This document shows, piece after piece, positions 25,643 to 39,694 of a stretch of 64,000 nt of DNA. Source of the DNA: the human T2T-CHM13v2.0 reference genome, Homo sapiens; assembly GCF_009914755.1 (NCBI RefSeq), contig NC_060925.1; one strand, 5' to 3'. The notes under the pieces were generated by a model, which worked only from the letters and a program-made list of their open reading frames with translations, did no database searches and was not told where the DNA came from. Numbering within the stretch: position 1 is the first letter of the stretch; each line of letters starts with the position of its first letter. The position numbers and the translations under genes were made by a program.

Positions 25643-26192
25643 TGTGACAGGTTCCATATTCAAAAAGTAGCCTTAACAGTATTTTTCATCTTGCAGACCC
25701 TTTATACAACGTGTTTTTGACATTTTTCCCATCAAGAGGAGGGGTCTATATTTCTTCCACTTGAACCTAGATGACTTTACCACCACGGCAGAAGTGACAC
25801 TATATGACTTCCAAGGCTGGGTCATAAAATGCAATACAGCTCTTTGCCTTCTCAAGCTGTTCACCCCAACCCAGCCACGAGGCTGGGAGGTATCCTGGGC
25901 AACAAGGAGAGACCCTATGTAAAGGCTGCAGCCAACTCTCCAGCAGAGTTCCCCACCAACACCCAACATCAATGGCCAGATGAGTGAGGGAAGGCATCTG
26001 CAGGTGATTCAGCCCCAGCCATTGAGTCCCCACCAGCCTTCAAGTCTTCCCAGTGGATTTTCCCAGACATCAAGGTGCTGTCCCTGCTGTGGGCCCACTC
26101 TGAATTCCTGATCCCCAGAAGCTGTCATATTAAAATAACTCGTCATCTTAGTGTCTTATGTTTGGGGTGTTTTGTTATTCAGCAATCCAGAC
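25643..26192 (+). mobile_element. MLT1 (G/H-like) solo LTR
   Basis: 'cccatcaagagg..gtctat...ggcagaagtgacactatatgacttccaaggctgggtcataaa...ttgttattcagcaat'. Confidence 0.8.
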
Positions 26193-26244
26193 TCTACCTC
26201 TTCTATAAAGCCCAGAAAAGGGCCAGAACTGGAACTCTCTTTTT

Positions 26245-27043
26245 CCTATTTCTAACATCTGTGGGGCCTGTGGCAAGAATACAAATAAAAGCCCACATAC
26301 CATATGTCTAAATATTTTAAAACTATAAATCAAGCTAATAAACTAAGTAAAATACATTATTTCCTCCTATACTGATAAATACACCATTACAACAATTCTG
26401 AAATGTTCTAATCTAAAATTCCTGTACTCCTCAAGGTTCTGTTCTGGAGCCTGGGGTACTGGAACCTGGGGTTCTAGGAAAACTGGCCATCTGCCTGTGG
26501 TTTGCCCCCTTTCCCCTCCTCTTGTCTCCATCTCCACCCCACATTGCAACACCGAATGTCGAAGATCCATTATACCCCTGACCCCCACCACTGCATATAT
26601 CCAGGCTTTGGCCATCTCTCAACACCAACCCAAAATGAAACAAAACAAAACACATAGGCCAGACAAAAGCTTAAAGTTTCAGATTTTTATGGAAAAATAA
26701 ATTTGTAATAGGCTTGTTGGAATAACAGAAGAGTTCTTTCAAGAAATTGCCTAAAGGCCTACAAAACAGTGGCAGGATCCAACATCAGGGAAGGGGGCAC
26801 AGCAGGAGGAGAGACACCTGCCAGCCCACCCAGGGAGAAGTCCACACAACCTCTCGGTGGGCTCAAGGACATTTGGACAGGGAATTTCTAAACATGATCC
26901 AAAAGGAGAGCACAGCCCCAGGATGGGCTCCTCCGTTTGTCTCCATGGAGAAGGGCACTGCCAGGAGAGGGCAACAGTGGGGGCCTGCAGAGCACAGGAC
27001 TGAGGGCTGGGGACCCCCTTACCTGGGCCTAAAAGCAGTTCTG
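26245..27043. mobile_element. hAT-Tip100-like DNA transposon relic (MamRep4096/FordPrefect-type), carrying repeat copy 3
   Basis: 'gcccacataccatatgtctaaatattttaaaactataaatcaagctaa' and end 'cctgggcctaaaagcagttctg' resemble a recalled consensus. Confidence 0.5.
26623..26753. repeat. Local dispersed repeat, copy 3
   Basis: 121/131 identical, ungapped, to 24671-24801. Confidence 0.92.
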
Positions 27044-28309
27044 CCCCTGGGCCTTACCTTGACCCCTCCTCAGATCTGAGGAGATTGTAAAGAACATACC
27101 CAACCTGATGTCTTCCCAAGGTGGCAGGAGAAGAGGAAAGAAAGTGCCAGGGCTTCTAGAATCGCTTTACACCTCCACCAGAGGTTCTACTCCCACCCCC
27201 ACACCAGGCTTAGGAAGGGACATTGCTATATATTGTCTCCAATGTCTTTTGGCTCTCTCACTCTATCTCTGGAAACTTCCTCTTTTTAATTTTGATATAG
27301 CATGACTTCCTGCTATGTTCTCCAATCCAACTTGGCCATCAATAAATCCAGAAAATATATTTTGATCCCCCTTTGCCACCCTCTGTAAAATTAGCAGTGG
27401 GTTAAGATGTAAGAAGGGGTGAACCCAGAGATTCCCTTGTACCCCAAACCTCCTATATCAAGCAACTCTCAAGAGTTCATGTGTTGAATCCTTCACATTT
27501 GCCCACTTCTGAACTCTGCATTTCGGACCCCTGAGGTGACAAGCAAACTGGCTGATCCTTCCAGGAATTATTGCATGAAAATGAGGAATAGAAAAGAAAA
27601 AAATCAATATCTGTATTGTTTTTAATTGTCTACTTCAGTTAAGGATAGAGACATAGATGAATATTCTAAATGCAAAGACATTAAGATGATGAAAAGACTG
27701 GGAATTGGTAAAATGGGGAAAAAAATTATACTGTATGAAAGGAGGAATGTAAATGTATTTTGAGGAGGGAGCAGGATTAAGGATAGAGATCCATTATCCC
27801 AGCAATAACATGACTATCCCTCGTAGCACTCATTCACTACCCATAATGCCAGGAGGCCACAGGAGTGCGATGACCCTGGTGTATATTGTTGGTGAGTCCC
27901 AGACAGATCACAACAAAACCTCACAAGTATGAAACTTGGCTCTGTGTCACCCTTTCTGCCACCACCAGACTCTTTCTCCCAAAGCAAATTTCAATTGACT
28001 AATTAATTTCTATATGCATAATAAGTTACAGGAGGCAGGCATCAATGAACATGTGCATTACCCAGCATGAGCAATTTAGGTGGAAATTCGGCTGTATTAC
28101 ATTATTAAAGTTGTCTGTCAGACTACAAAACTATTTAGGGTTAAAAAATGTTATGAAGTTACAACAGTAGGGTAACATTGATGGGATGATATTAATGGAA
28201 GAATTTGTTTCCAATTAGCAAAATTATGTCTAAAACACGTATGCACTTCAAAGCATGATGTAGGCTGATGAAAAAAATTAAAAATAAAACACGTCTGCAC
28301 ATACATAGA

Positions 28310-28652
28310 CATAGGGTATCCCTTATCTGAAATGCTTGGAAGCAGAAGTTTTTCAGATCTTGGATTTTTTTTTTTTTGGATTTTGGAACATTTGCATATA
28401 CATGATGAGATATGTAATAGACATGGAGATGGGGCCCGTCTAAACATGAAATTCATTTAGATTTCACATACACTTTATATAAATATCCTGAAGGTAATGT
28501 TAGACAATATTTTTAGTAATTTTGTGCATGAAACGAAGTTTGTGTTAAAGACTTATGTGTGAACTTTTCTACTTGTGCCTTTATGTCAGCACTCAAAAGT
28601 TTTCAGATTTGAGAGCATTTCAGACTGTTTCTGATTAGGGATGCTCAATGTA
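28310..28652. mobile_element. Tigger4 (MER46/Zombi) TcMar MITE
   Basis: 'gtatcccttatctgaaatgcttgga...gattagggatgctcaa' inverted termini. Confidence 0.8.
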
Positions 28653-28984
28653 CATCATACACATGAATAAATGTTACTGAAGGACTAGAGAGTCAGACAT
28701 TTGCTTTTTGACCCCTGAAAGCTAAGCACTGTGAAGGCACAAAGAATGTGTGCTATTTAACAGAGAGCAAAGCACCCTATATCATTGCAATAAACTTCCA
28801 GAAGTGCTGGAACCATTGCTAGTGACTTCTTCCTCCTGTTACTGGAGATTCCTGTTTCTCTGTTGTTATAGTTGTTGTTTAACCTTCTCTCCTCTACCTT
28901 CCTATTTTCCATTTCTTCCTTTTTCCTTTGGCACCATTAATGACCTTCTGGGTTAGGAAGTTATTGCCTCATGCTCTGAGATCT

Positions 28985-29130
28985 TGTTACTCAAAATAGT
29001 GTCCTCAGACCAGCAACAACTGCACCACCTGCAAGCTGTCAGCAATGAGGAATCTCATCAGCCACCGTCGACCCCACAAAAAAAATTATCATGACATTTT
29101 GAGTGCATATTAAAATTTAGGAAGCACTGC
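28985..29130. mobile_element. MER5A fragment
   Basis: 'tgttactcaaaa..gaccagca...gtgcatattaaaatttaggaagcactg'. Confidence 0.6.
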
Positions 29131-31039
29131 TCTCAAATGCAGACACTCAAACATATATACTGAACAAGCTTTCTGCTAACTCACTGATCAGACCTAATTA
29201 TTGTGAGCTTATCATCAATTTATCATATTACTCACACCACTTGCTTCTCTCTTCCTTAATCTAACTGTCTCGTGTTTATTTTGTTCCTCTCTAGCACCTT
29301 CTCACAAAGGCTAGGCATGGACAATTAAGTAAAAGCAGTTTCAAAACTATTCTTTGTAGCAAGTTGGGTAAAAAGCTTAGTAAGGAAGGAGTGACAAAGT
29401 ATATTCTTAAATGGACTTTTGATTACTTGAGCACAGCCCAGATGTCGGCTGCAGTGGCCCTGTCACATAAGACTTGGATTAAATTAGCTCAAGCTGACTC
29501 TGCAACGTCCAGTGGGACATCTAAAGCTCTCCTCAAGATTTCTGCAAATTCCTGGGGCTGTGCTTCTCGAGCCACTTCTCGCTCTAAGCTCGAGTTCTTA
29601 TACTCGGTCTTACTCCCCTCTTTCTACACCGCTTCTCTGCTTTGTGCTGCTCACCAACGTGGTCTTGGAAAAGTTGCTCTGTCCTTGATTTCCCCCTTCC
29701 CCAGCAATGTTCAGAAGCCTTAACAGAAGGTTTGAGGGGATGGAGATGGTTTACACCTCAAGCAATGTCAAATGGCTATTGGACAATTTTGTTCTTCGTG
29801 TCCTTCACTATTGCTCCACTCTGCAGGTCCAAGGCCTGGTCTTCCTGCCCCCGCTCTCTGTTCTCTGCCTCCCTCCCCTTATTTCTGCTTTTCTCACCCC
29901 CGAAGTCCTGTTCCACTTCTTATACATGATACTTCAGCAATTTTGTTTTGTTTTACAGGTACCTCCTAACTGATACCTTCAAATTTTCAAATTATTTTCC
30001 CAAACAAATTTCCCTTCCTACAAAGCCCACTAGTTACAGTTGTTTAAATGATCGTTGTTGTCATCGCACTAAGTAAGAACACACTAAGGGCTATTAGGAT
30101 GTTATGGTGAGGCTGGGTTTCCTGAGTTGGTGGTATGAAAAAGTGCTGGAAGTTAATGGGTTAGAATGGGAGGGCTAAGAGACTCAGGAAAAAAAAAATT
30201 GCAAAGATAACTTATTTCTTATTGCCTTTCTAGTCTCCCAACTAGCACCATATTGAACCAATTCTCCTCTACTCACACATTGACATACCAAAACTAAATA
30301 TAATCATATCTCTTTTCCTCACCCTAGATGTTGTCTCTCACCCACCACTGCTCTTAAAATCCATATACAGTTGTATAGCTGGGTGACTTTGAACAAATTC
30401 CTCATCCACTTTGAACCTCAGGAACGTAAATAAAATGGGAATAATATTATTTAACAGGACATTACATACAACAGTTCCAATTCTCTCCACATTTCGGTTG
30501 ATGCTTTAAAGCTGAGGATAATGGGTGTTAGGTAGCAACATATTCTAAAGAAAGGAGTCCAGCCATCTATGTTAGCTCGCTAACAGATGGCAAAACTGGG
30601 TATGGGTCCTGCAGTCCACCATCTCTTGCCTGTATGTAATAGGAGACCAGGAAGTTGACTTGCACAAGACTAGAGAAGATAGATTTTTCCGTTTCTGCTC
30701 ACCCATGCAGGGAGAGAAAGAGAGTTTTCCTCCTCAAGCCAAGTGAGGAGACTCTGGGGTCCTATGAAGAGCAAAGTGACAGAGATCTTGGGAGTAAATG
30801 GCCTGCGTTGCCTGTCTCTTGCCTAAATAAACCTAAGGCAAGAGTTTGGTTAAAGCTTTCTCTGATGGCAATGTCAGTAAGAGGACCATGGTGGGAATGC
30901 CTGCACTTCCAGCTTGCTTTCGGTGATGTAAGGATGCTGTATCCCTGTGGATCAGTCTGAGTTATCTCAGAGAATTCTGCCCAAGAGAAGTCACCGTGCC
31001 TCCTCATATGGCAGGATGAAAAGGGGCTTCAGTGTGCCT

Positions 31040-32860
<1,821 letters not shown>

Positions 32861-33179
32861 GATAATTTTTTTAAGATGGAAAAAATGACAAGCAAGTCTA
32901 TGGATCTGCCTAACTTACCATCCAGTAAGGAGGAAAGTGATTCAACAGTATTTAGATAAAGTGGTAGTGAAAAGTAGATTTTCTTCTTGTTAAAATCTCA
33001 CCAAGTCCAGTTTTCTCAATATGCAATTGCAATTAACAACTTCTTGGAGGGTTTTTTTTGTTTGTTTGTGTGTGGGTGGTTTTAGTGTGTCATACATGAG
33101 AAGCATCTAACATTGTACCTGGTGTGTTGTATGCCATCAATTTTATTGCTTGTCATTAATATTTACCATAATTATCATC

Positions 33180-34049
33180 TTTATCATCCATGCTCCTCTC
33201 TGATCCCCTTGTAGTGAGTAGTTACACAGAGAGGCCAGCATTTCTACCCCTCAAACCACATCTCTTACCTATACTTAGAAGTTAAAAATTGCTTTAAGGG
33301 AAAATAAACTTTTTTGCTTAGCAGCCATTGTGCCTGCTCTTCCCACCTTGAAGAAAAGGGAAATTTATCTAAAGACAGGCAACAGACTCCAGGGTAGCAG
33401 AAGTGAGCAGGCATTCCTTCATGACCTTTGCAGCTACCCCCCTGCCTTGTGCCTTTTCAGGTAAGACCAGCAAGCGGAGCACCTGGGCCTGGGCCTGGCC
33501 ACTGGGGGTGGCGCATGGCATGTTCAGGGGCCCATGTCAGCCTGGGCCTAAGGGGAAAGAAGGTGAGTCACTCACATGGTTCCAATTCTCCTCGGAACCC
33601 TCCAGCCCAGTCGACCGGCATCTAAATTGGGAATCCCTGAAGCTTAGCCAAAGCCACAACGGTCTGGCTTAGATCTTCCAGCTGAGGACAGGCCTGGGAG
33701 ACCACACAAATCAATGGGTTAATAAGGATTTTGAGGGCCGGGCAGTGAAGGTTGCAGCAGCTGGGATGAATCATTATTTTTAATTTCAGTTAAGTCCCTG
33801 TGTTAATAAAGGGGCTGAATGAAATGTGAGGATGGGGGTGGTTGGGGGTTGGGGAGGGTTGAGGGAAGAACCCGTCATTTTCTAAATGTTTGCCTGCCTG
33901 ACCTTTGAAATCGGAGTGGAGAATTCTTCAAGTCTGGTAATAGCAAACACTCTTCATCATGCCCTTCAGTGGCTGCTAACTGCAGACAGCTTTTTTTCCC
34001 CTTAACAATAGAAGAGATGGAAAAGAAAAAGGCAAGCTTTTGGCCTCAG

Positions 34050-34085
<36 letters not shown>

Positions 34086-34640
34086 ACAGCCCTTTCCGCT
34101 CCAACCTACATCTAAGAGGAAGGGAAACTATCTTTTGTTATCACTCAATCTCCCTTAAATTTAAGAACAGCTGGGGATATTTTTCATGATTCATTAAATT
34201 CACATCATTCCAAAGAAATCTTCCTGCCGATTTATCTTTGCCTCAGCAGTTGGGGCTCCAGGAGTGTGCAGTTTCCTGAATGCCGTCAACCTGCGTCCAC
34301 TGTTTTGGGCTGAGTCTGTGATCTTTCATGCTGGAATATCTTTTTTTGAGGGTGAAAGAGAGCGGGAAAGGAATCAGGGTATTGAAATGAATCTTTCCAG
34401 TCAATTTTTATCTTTCTGGAGATAAAGAGAAAGTCGTATGGCTGTCATAGCTAAAGACTAAACCCCAGCTAATGTCCTCAGCAGGGAAGAATAATTAGTA
34501 AATTCTCTAATTAGAGTCCTGTTTACATTTCTCTGTTCATAGAGGCTAATCCTTGTGTTTAAAGAAGATATTCTGCCTTGATTAAAACCATTGGTTTTAA
34601 TGAGAGTCATGGTAGAATCCATATGGTAAATGTAAATGTG
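33180..34640. promoter_or_regulatory. TE-free, motif-dense island, candidate enhancer region
   Basis: No recognisable TE; AP-1, homeodomain and FOX motifs; G-tracts; splice-site motifs. Confidence 0.35.
34052..34082. repeat. T31 homopolymer with no adjacent SINE body
   Basis: Direct reading. Confidence 0.95.
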
Positions 34641-35184
34641 CTCGAGTTCCATACGTATTCAATTCATGCATTCATTCATCCATTGAGGACCGACTGTATA
34701 CTGAGGAGTGTACTCGATTCTAAATACAAATATGACATACTTTCTATCCCTGTGGGCTAAGACAAGCATAATAAACAGGCTTCATCCTCCATACCTACGG
34801 TCATCTATTGGAGGTAGTTTTCTAGAGCATTCTGAAGTCATTTCCTGGTCCTAGAGAAAGGAGAGCTTGACGGGATTATTGATATCCATCATGGGGGTAG
34901 GAGAGTGGGGCATAACAAAGAGAGAAAGGTCCTGCCCGGCTTATTTGTTGAGTGCCCAGGGAGTGTGGAATACCATGCCAAGGCCTTTTGTATCCCCCTC
35001 ACTCAGGCACACAAAGGCAAGGCTGAACACATTAGAAAGTGGTTGGTGAAACCCTTGTCTTTCTCCCTCTAGGAACTCGTGGTTCTGTACAAGAGCCATA
35101 CAGGGCCCCAGGGTTAGTCACCATGTTCATCTGTGGATACCTACCATTAAAAAGTCTTTATTATCATAAGTCATTGTGCCACAT

Positions 35185-35450
35185 GGGCAGCAAAACACAA
35201 AGATTATAAGCTCAGGTTCTGAGCCAACTCTCTGGGTTACATCCTGGCTCTGCCATTTGTAGCTGAGTAAATTTAGGCAAATTACTTCACCTGTCTGTGC
35301 CACAGTTTTCTCACCGGTAAAGTGGGGAGAAGAATACCTACTTACTGGATTGTTAAGAGGATTAAAAGAGTTCTGATGGGCGTGGCATTAAAACAGTGCC
35401 TGGCTCCTTGTAAGTGCCACTGTGTGTGATCATTAGTGCCGTATGGTTGT
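35185..35450 (+). mobile_element. MIR SINE
   Basis: 'tcctggctctgccatt..taggcaaattacttcacctgtctgtgcc...aacagtgcctggc'. Confidence 0.8.
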
Positions 35451-36816
35451 GGTTGTTACATTACTGACCTAGCCTGGTCAGACTCAATAGCTGAACAATT
35501 GAACTTTCCTTCCCTTCACCCCTTTTTGGTTTCTCCTCTCCAATAGTATTATGTCCAAGTAGAAAAAGTAAATAAACAAACAAAATATGTGCATTCTTTA
35601 TGTGTGGAGTTAATGAGAGCCCCACATCCTGAGAGATTCACTCAGGGTCCTTCTATAAAAATCAACTGTAACCACATCTGCCTCTTCTGGGATGAAATAC
35701 AGTAAGTTCGTCTTCTAACAAGCTTTCTAGGAACTCAATAATGGTGAGACATTAAGAAATAAGCCATAAGCACAGTCACCATCCCTTAATAAACATAAAG
35801 TAAAAAGCTTAGGGAATTCTGAAAAATTATTTCACTGACATTAATGATGGAAGAGCATTCTGTCCCTTACATGGTGTGTGCCCTGATGGCCAATGAATGT
35901 TCTATCTTTCCTTCCCTGTAGTGGACACTGTAGGAATGTTTCAAAAAATTACCAGACCTGGTTTCTACCCCAGGGAGCCTGACCAGGGAGGCTCCTAACA
36001 CACCCATGGGAAGGGATAAACAATCTGCAAAGCCAAGGATTACCACAAGGTCTCTGATTGCTGAAGAGACACAGAGTAAAGAGGGGTCTGGGTCAAGAAA
36101 CTTCCTGGGACAGATGGTGGGATTTGAGAGAAGTGTTAGATGGACAAGTCATTTGAACTGAGGTCTCAGTGGGAAGGAAGGAAAGGAAATCAACAGGTAA
36201 CCTAAAAAAGACCAAGCACTCTCAAATACTTGGACTCATTTAGTCCCCAAGAAACCTTCTGCGTTGAGATTAAGTTGCCATTTTCATACAAAATGAAATT
36301 GATACTGAGAGCCTTAGTGTCAAAGATTCCTGAGACTTAAACCCAGTTACGGCAGACCCCAAAGTACTTGCCACTTGATCATGCTATATCCTGGGAAGCA
36401 TAAAAGGTGAGAACAGCAGATAAATATGGCCTCAGAAACTGAAAGACATTGGCCCCTGAGAAAAAGCTCTAGGGAAGAAGATTGGGCAGGTGGATGAAGA
36501 ATCCCTCAGGAAGGAGTGGAAGGGATGGCCCAGGTAGAAAGAACCTTGTGAAGGAGGCAGAAAGCAGAGAGGGGTGAGATTGTATATTAATAGACAGGTT
36601 TTCATTGAGTTTTGTTTTATTTGTGTGTGTGTTTATTTTTACTGAATCTAATGAGGCACTGAAAGGACTTGATTTCACAATGAAAACTGCCATTTGGAAT
36701 CATTTTATTTCTTGTCTTATGTATACTGACCTACAATATACAGGTGATTCTCCATAAAGAGGCCGAACTGCCACGGACAAATGGGGAACTTCATTTCTAA
36801 CCTTGAGCTTTCATGA

Positions 36817-37157
<341 letters not shown>

Positions 37158-37379
37158 TAGTTTGGGCTTCTTTATCTCTTTCAGCCACCAGAGGAGAAGG
37201 TGAGGCTAAATTATAGTCCATAAACTGACGAAACAAGCCCCAGAGTCATTGAACACAACTGGGTGTTGTAGCCAAAATTGGCCTTCTAAAATGTGTAGTT
37301 CTTCATGTCACCTGCCTGCTGAAAATATTTTAATAGTTTCCAATTTCTCAAAAGTTAAGTTCAAATCTCTTAACTATGT

Positions 37380-37610
37380 GATACAGTGATTTAGCATGCA
37401 GGCTTTGTGCAGAGACACATCTGCATTTGAATACTAATTCTACAGTCTCTTAGCTGTGTTACCTTGGGCAAATTACTCAATCTAAGACTCAGTTTCCTTT
37501 TCTGTAAAATGGGGTTAACAGTTGGACCTCCCTTGGAGGTTGCTGTGAGGATGAAATGATAAAATGCATCCAGAGCCCTTGTTCTGTGGTCTAGTGCAAT
37601 GGTAACTATG
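37380..37610 (+). mobile_element. MIR SINE
   Basis: 'tagctgtgttaccttgggcaaattac...ctcagtttccttttctgtaaaatgggg'. Confidence 0.8.
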
Positions 37611-37764
37611 CTTGTTCTTTTTTTTTAACTTATGAGTCCCATTGATGGCCTTACCCCTAGTGCCACTCCAAAATAGCTTCTTAACACTCCCCCCAGCCCC
37701 CAGTATTGCCAATCACCATGAATTTCATTTTATTTCTTCTTGGGCATAGTTTTCTCTCTTGTAC

Positions 37765-38065
37765 CCGTGTGCCTTTGCACATGTTGTTCCCACTGTCTAG
37801 GACATTCTAATTCTTCCTCTTGGCATGGCTAATTACTAGTTATCCTTCAGACTTAGATTGAACATCCTGCCTTCCCTGGCCACGGCACGTCGAGTTAGGC
37901 ACTTTTGTGTGTGCCCCCACAGCACCTCATGCATTCCATGTCATGGCATGTAGTAGTGGACTGCTCGGGGGTTCCCTCCATGGAGGCTTGCTATGATATT
38001 CCCAGGGCTTAATCCAGTGCCTGGCACATCATCAGCACTTAAATATGCTTCACTATTTACCAATG
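37765..38065 (+). mobile_element. L2 3' fragment
   Basis: 'gcctttgcacatgttgttccc...cagtgcctggcacat'. Confidence 0.7.
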
Positions 38066-38309
38066 AGTGCTAGGTCACAATATCATTACAGAACACACAT
38101 GGCACCCAATCACCCTCCTAAGAACCCAAGGAAACAGTGGGTGTTTGCCCAAGCCCTTCATCCCTGGGTACTTATAGCCACAGGACATTGGCCCCTCCAT
38201 TGGGTTTCACAGTTCTTGAACACCTCTTTCTGAGTCCACTCATTCCCTGGCGGAAACCACACTAAAGAGCAATGAACAATTTATCTTTGGAGGCCACACC
38301 AAAACCCAG

Positions 38310-38425
38310 CAGGACTCTTGTTTAAAAATTATTATAAGAAGTTCAAGATCATGGCAGCAGAGCATTAAACAAAGCACAGGGCCCTTCGAAGCATGGCAAG
38401 GTCACATGCCTGTGACGCTGGCCCC
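38310..38425 (-). mobile_element. MER45A (hAT-Tip100) fragment
   Basis: 'ttcaagatcatggcagcagagcattaaacaaagcacagggcccttc'. Confidence 0.7.
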
Positions 38426-38889
38426 AACCATGCCTTTCTCCACAACCCTGTGCCCAGAAGGACCTGCCATGCCTTTCTCACTAGGGCACCAGGCACTTAA
38501 TGAGTCTCCTCAGGAATTAAGTGATTTTTAAAGATAACCAACTGGGGTGACAAGCTTAACACTAAGAAATGAATCACTAATGGTGGAATTCCTGGCCTCT
38601 GTGGCAGAGATAATTTTGGATAGAGCTTAAAGGGCTGGCAAGAACCTTAAATTCCACTATTTTGTTAATATCTCATCACGTATTAGTTTTTTATGTTAGT
38701 ATGCCTAAATGTAAGTGTAAAATACACATAAATACACATATATTTCCTGAACTGAGAAGATTTTTTTAACTTTATTGTATTCATCAGTAAAACAGACACT
38801 ACAATATTAATTTGGGCAATTCAAATAGATGCTCTGAGATTTCATATTAGTAAAGAGATTAGAAATCTTTCATCGAAAGTACCTTTATG

Positions 38890-39102
38890 ATCAAATTAGG
38901 GTAATTACTTATCCATAACTCTAAATAATTATTATTTCTTGATGGTAATGCCATTCAAAATCTTTTCTTCTGGCTATCTTGGAATATTCACTACATTATT
39001 ATTTGCTATAATCATCCTACTGTGTAACAGAACATCCGAACTTCTTGTCTAACTGTAACTTTGTACCTGTCAATTATAAATATTTAAAAAATTAATTTTA
39101 AA
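38890..39102. mobile_element. Short L1MA 3' insertion with an internal inversion
   Basis: Minus-oriented L1MA 3'UTR joined to a plus-oriented A-rich tail; degenerate TSD. Confidence 0.65.
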
Positions 39103-39216
39103 AAGAACTTTATGTAAGCAAGTTTAACAAGGGACTCTAGAAATGCAAATGTCAGATCTCTGCAACAGATACTTCGTAATACCAGACTGCCATGTGGTTT
39201 CAGAATTTACTCAGTT

Positions 39217-39392
39217 CAGTGGTACTCAACCCTATTTGGTCATTAGAATCACTTTTGGAAGCTTCTAAACACTCTTGAGGCCTGGGCCTCAGATCAACAG
39301 AATAAAAATTTCCACAAGTATGGCTGGGGCATCAGTAGTTTGTGAAACTCTCCCAGTGGTTTAAATGTGCAGTAGGATTAAGAACCGCTGCT
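39217..39392. mobile_element. MER5 MITE
   Basis: 'cagtggtactcaaccc..cattagaatcac...ttaagaaccgctg'. Confidence 0.75.
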
Positions 39393-39395
39393 CTA

Positions 39396-39694
<299 letters not shown>

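Noticed and set aside
29940-29965. ttttgttttgttttacag|gtacct as a second recursive site
   Set aside because: The reconstituted donor GTACCT is weak and no downstream exon is evident
29364-29973. Overlapping ORFs and a CpG patch suggesting a processed pseudogene
   Set aside because: No recognisable protein on either strand, no poly-A or TSD; part (about 29630-29700) resembles a decayed MIR
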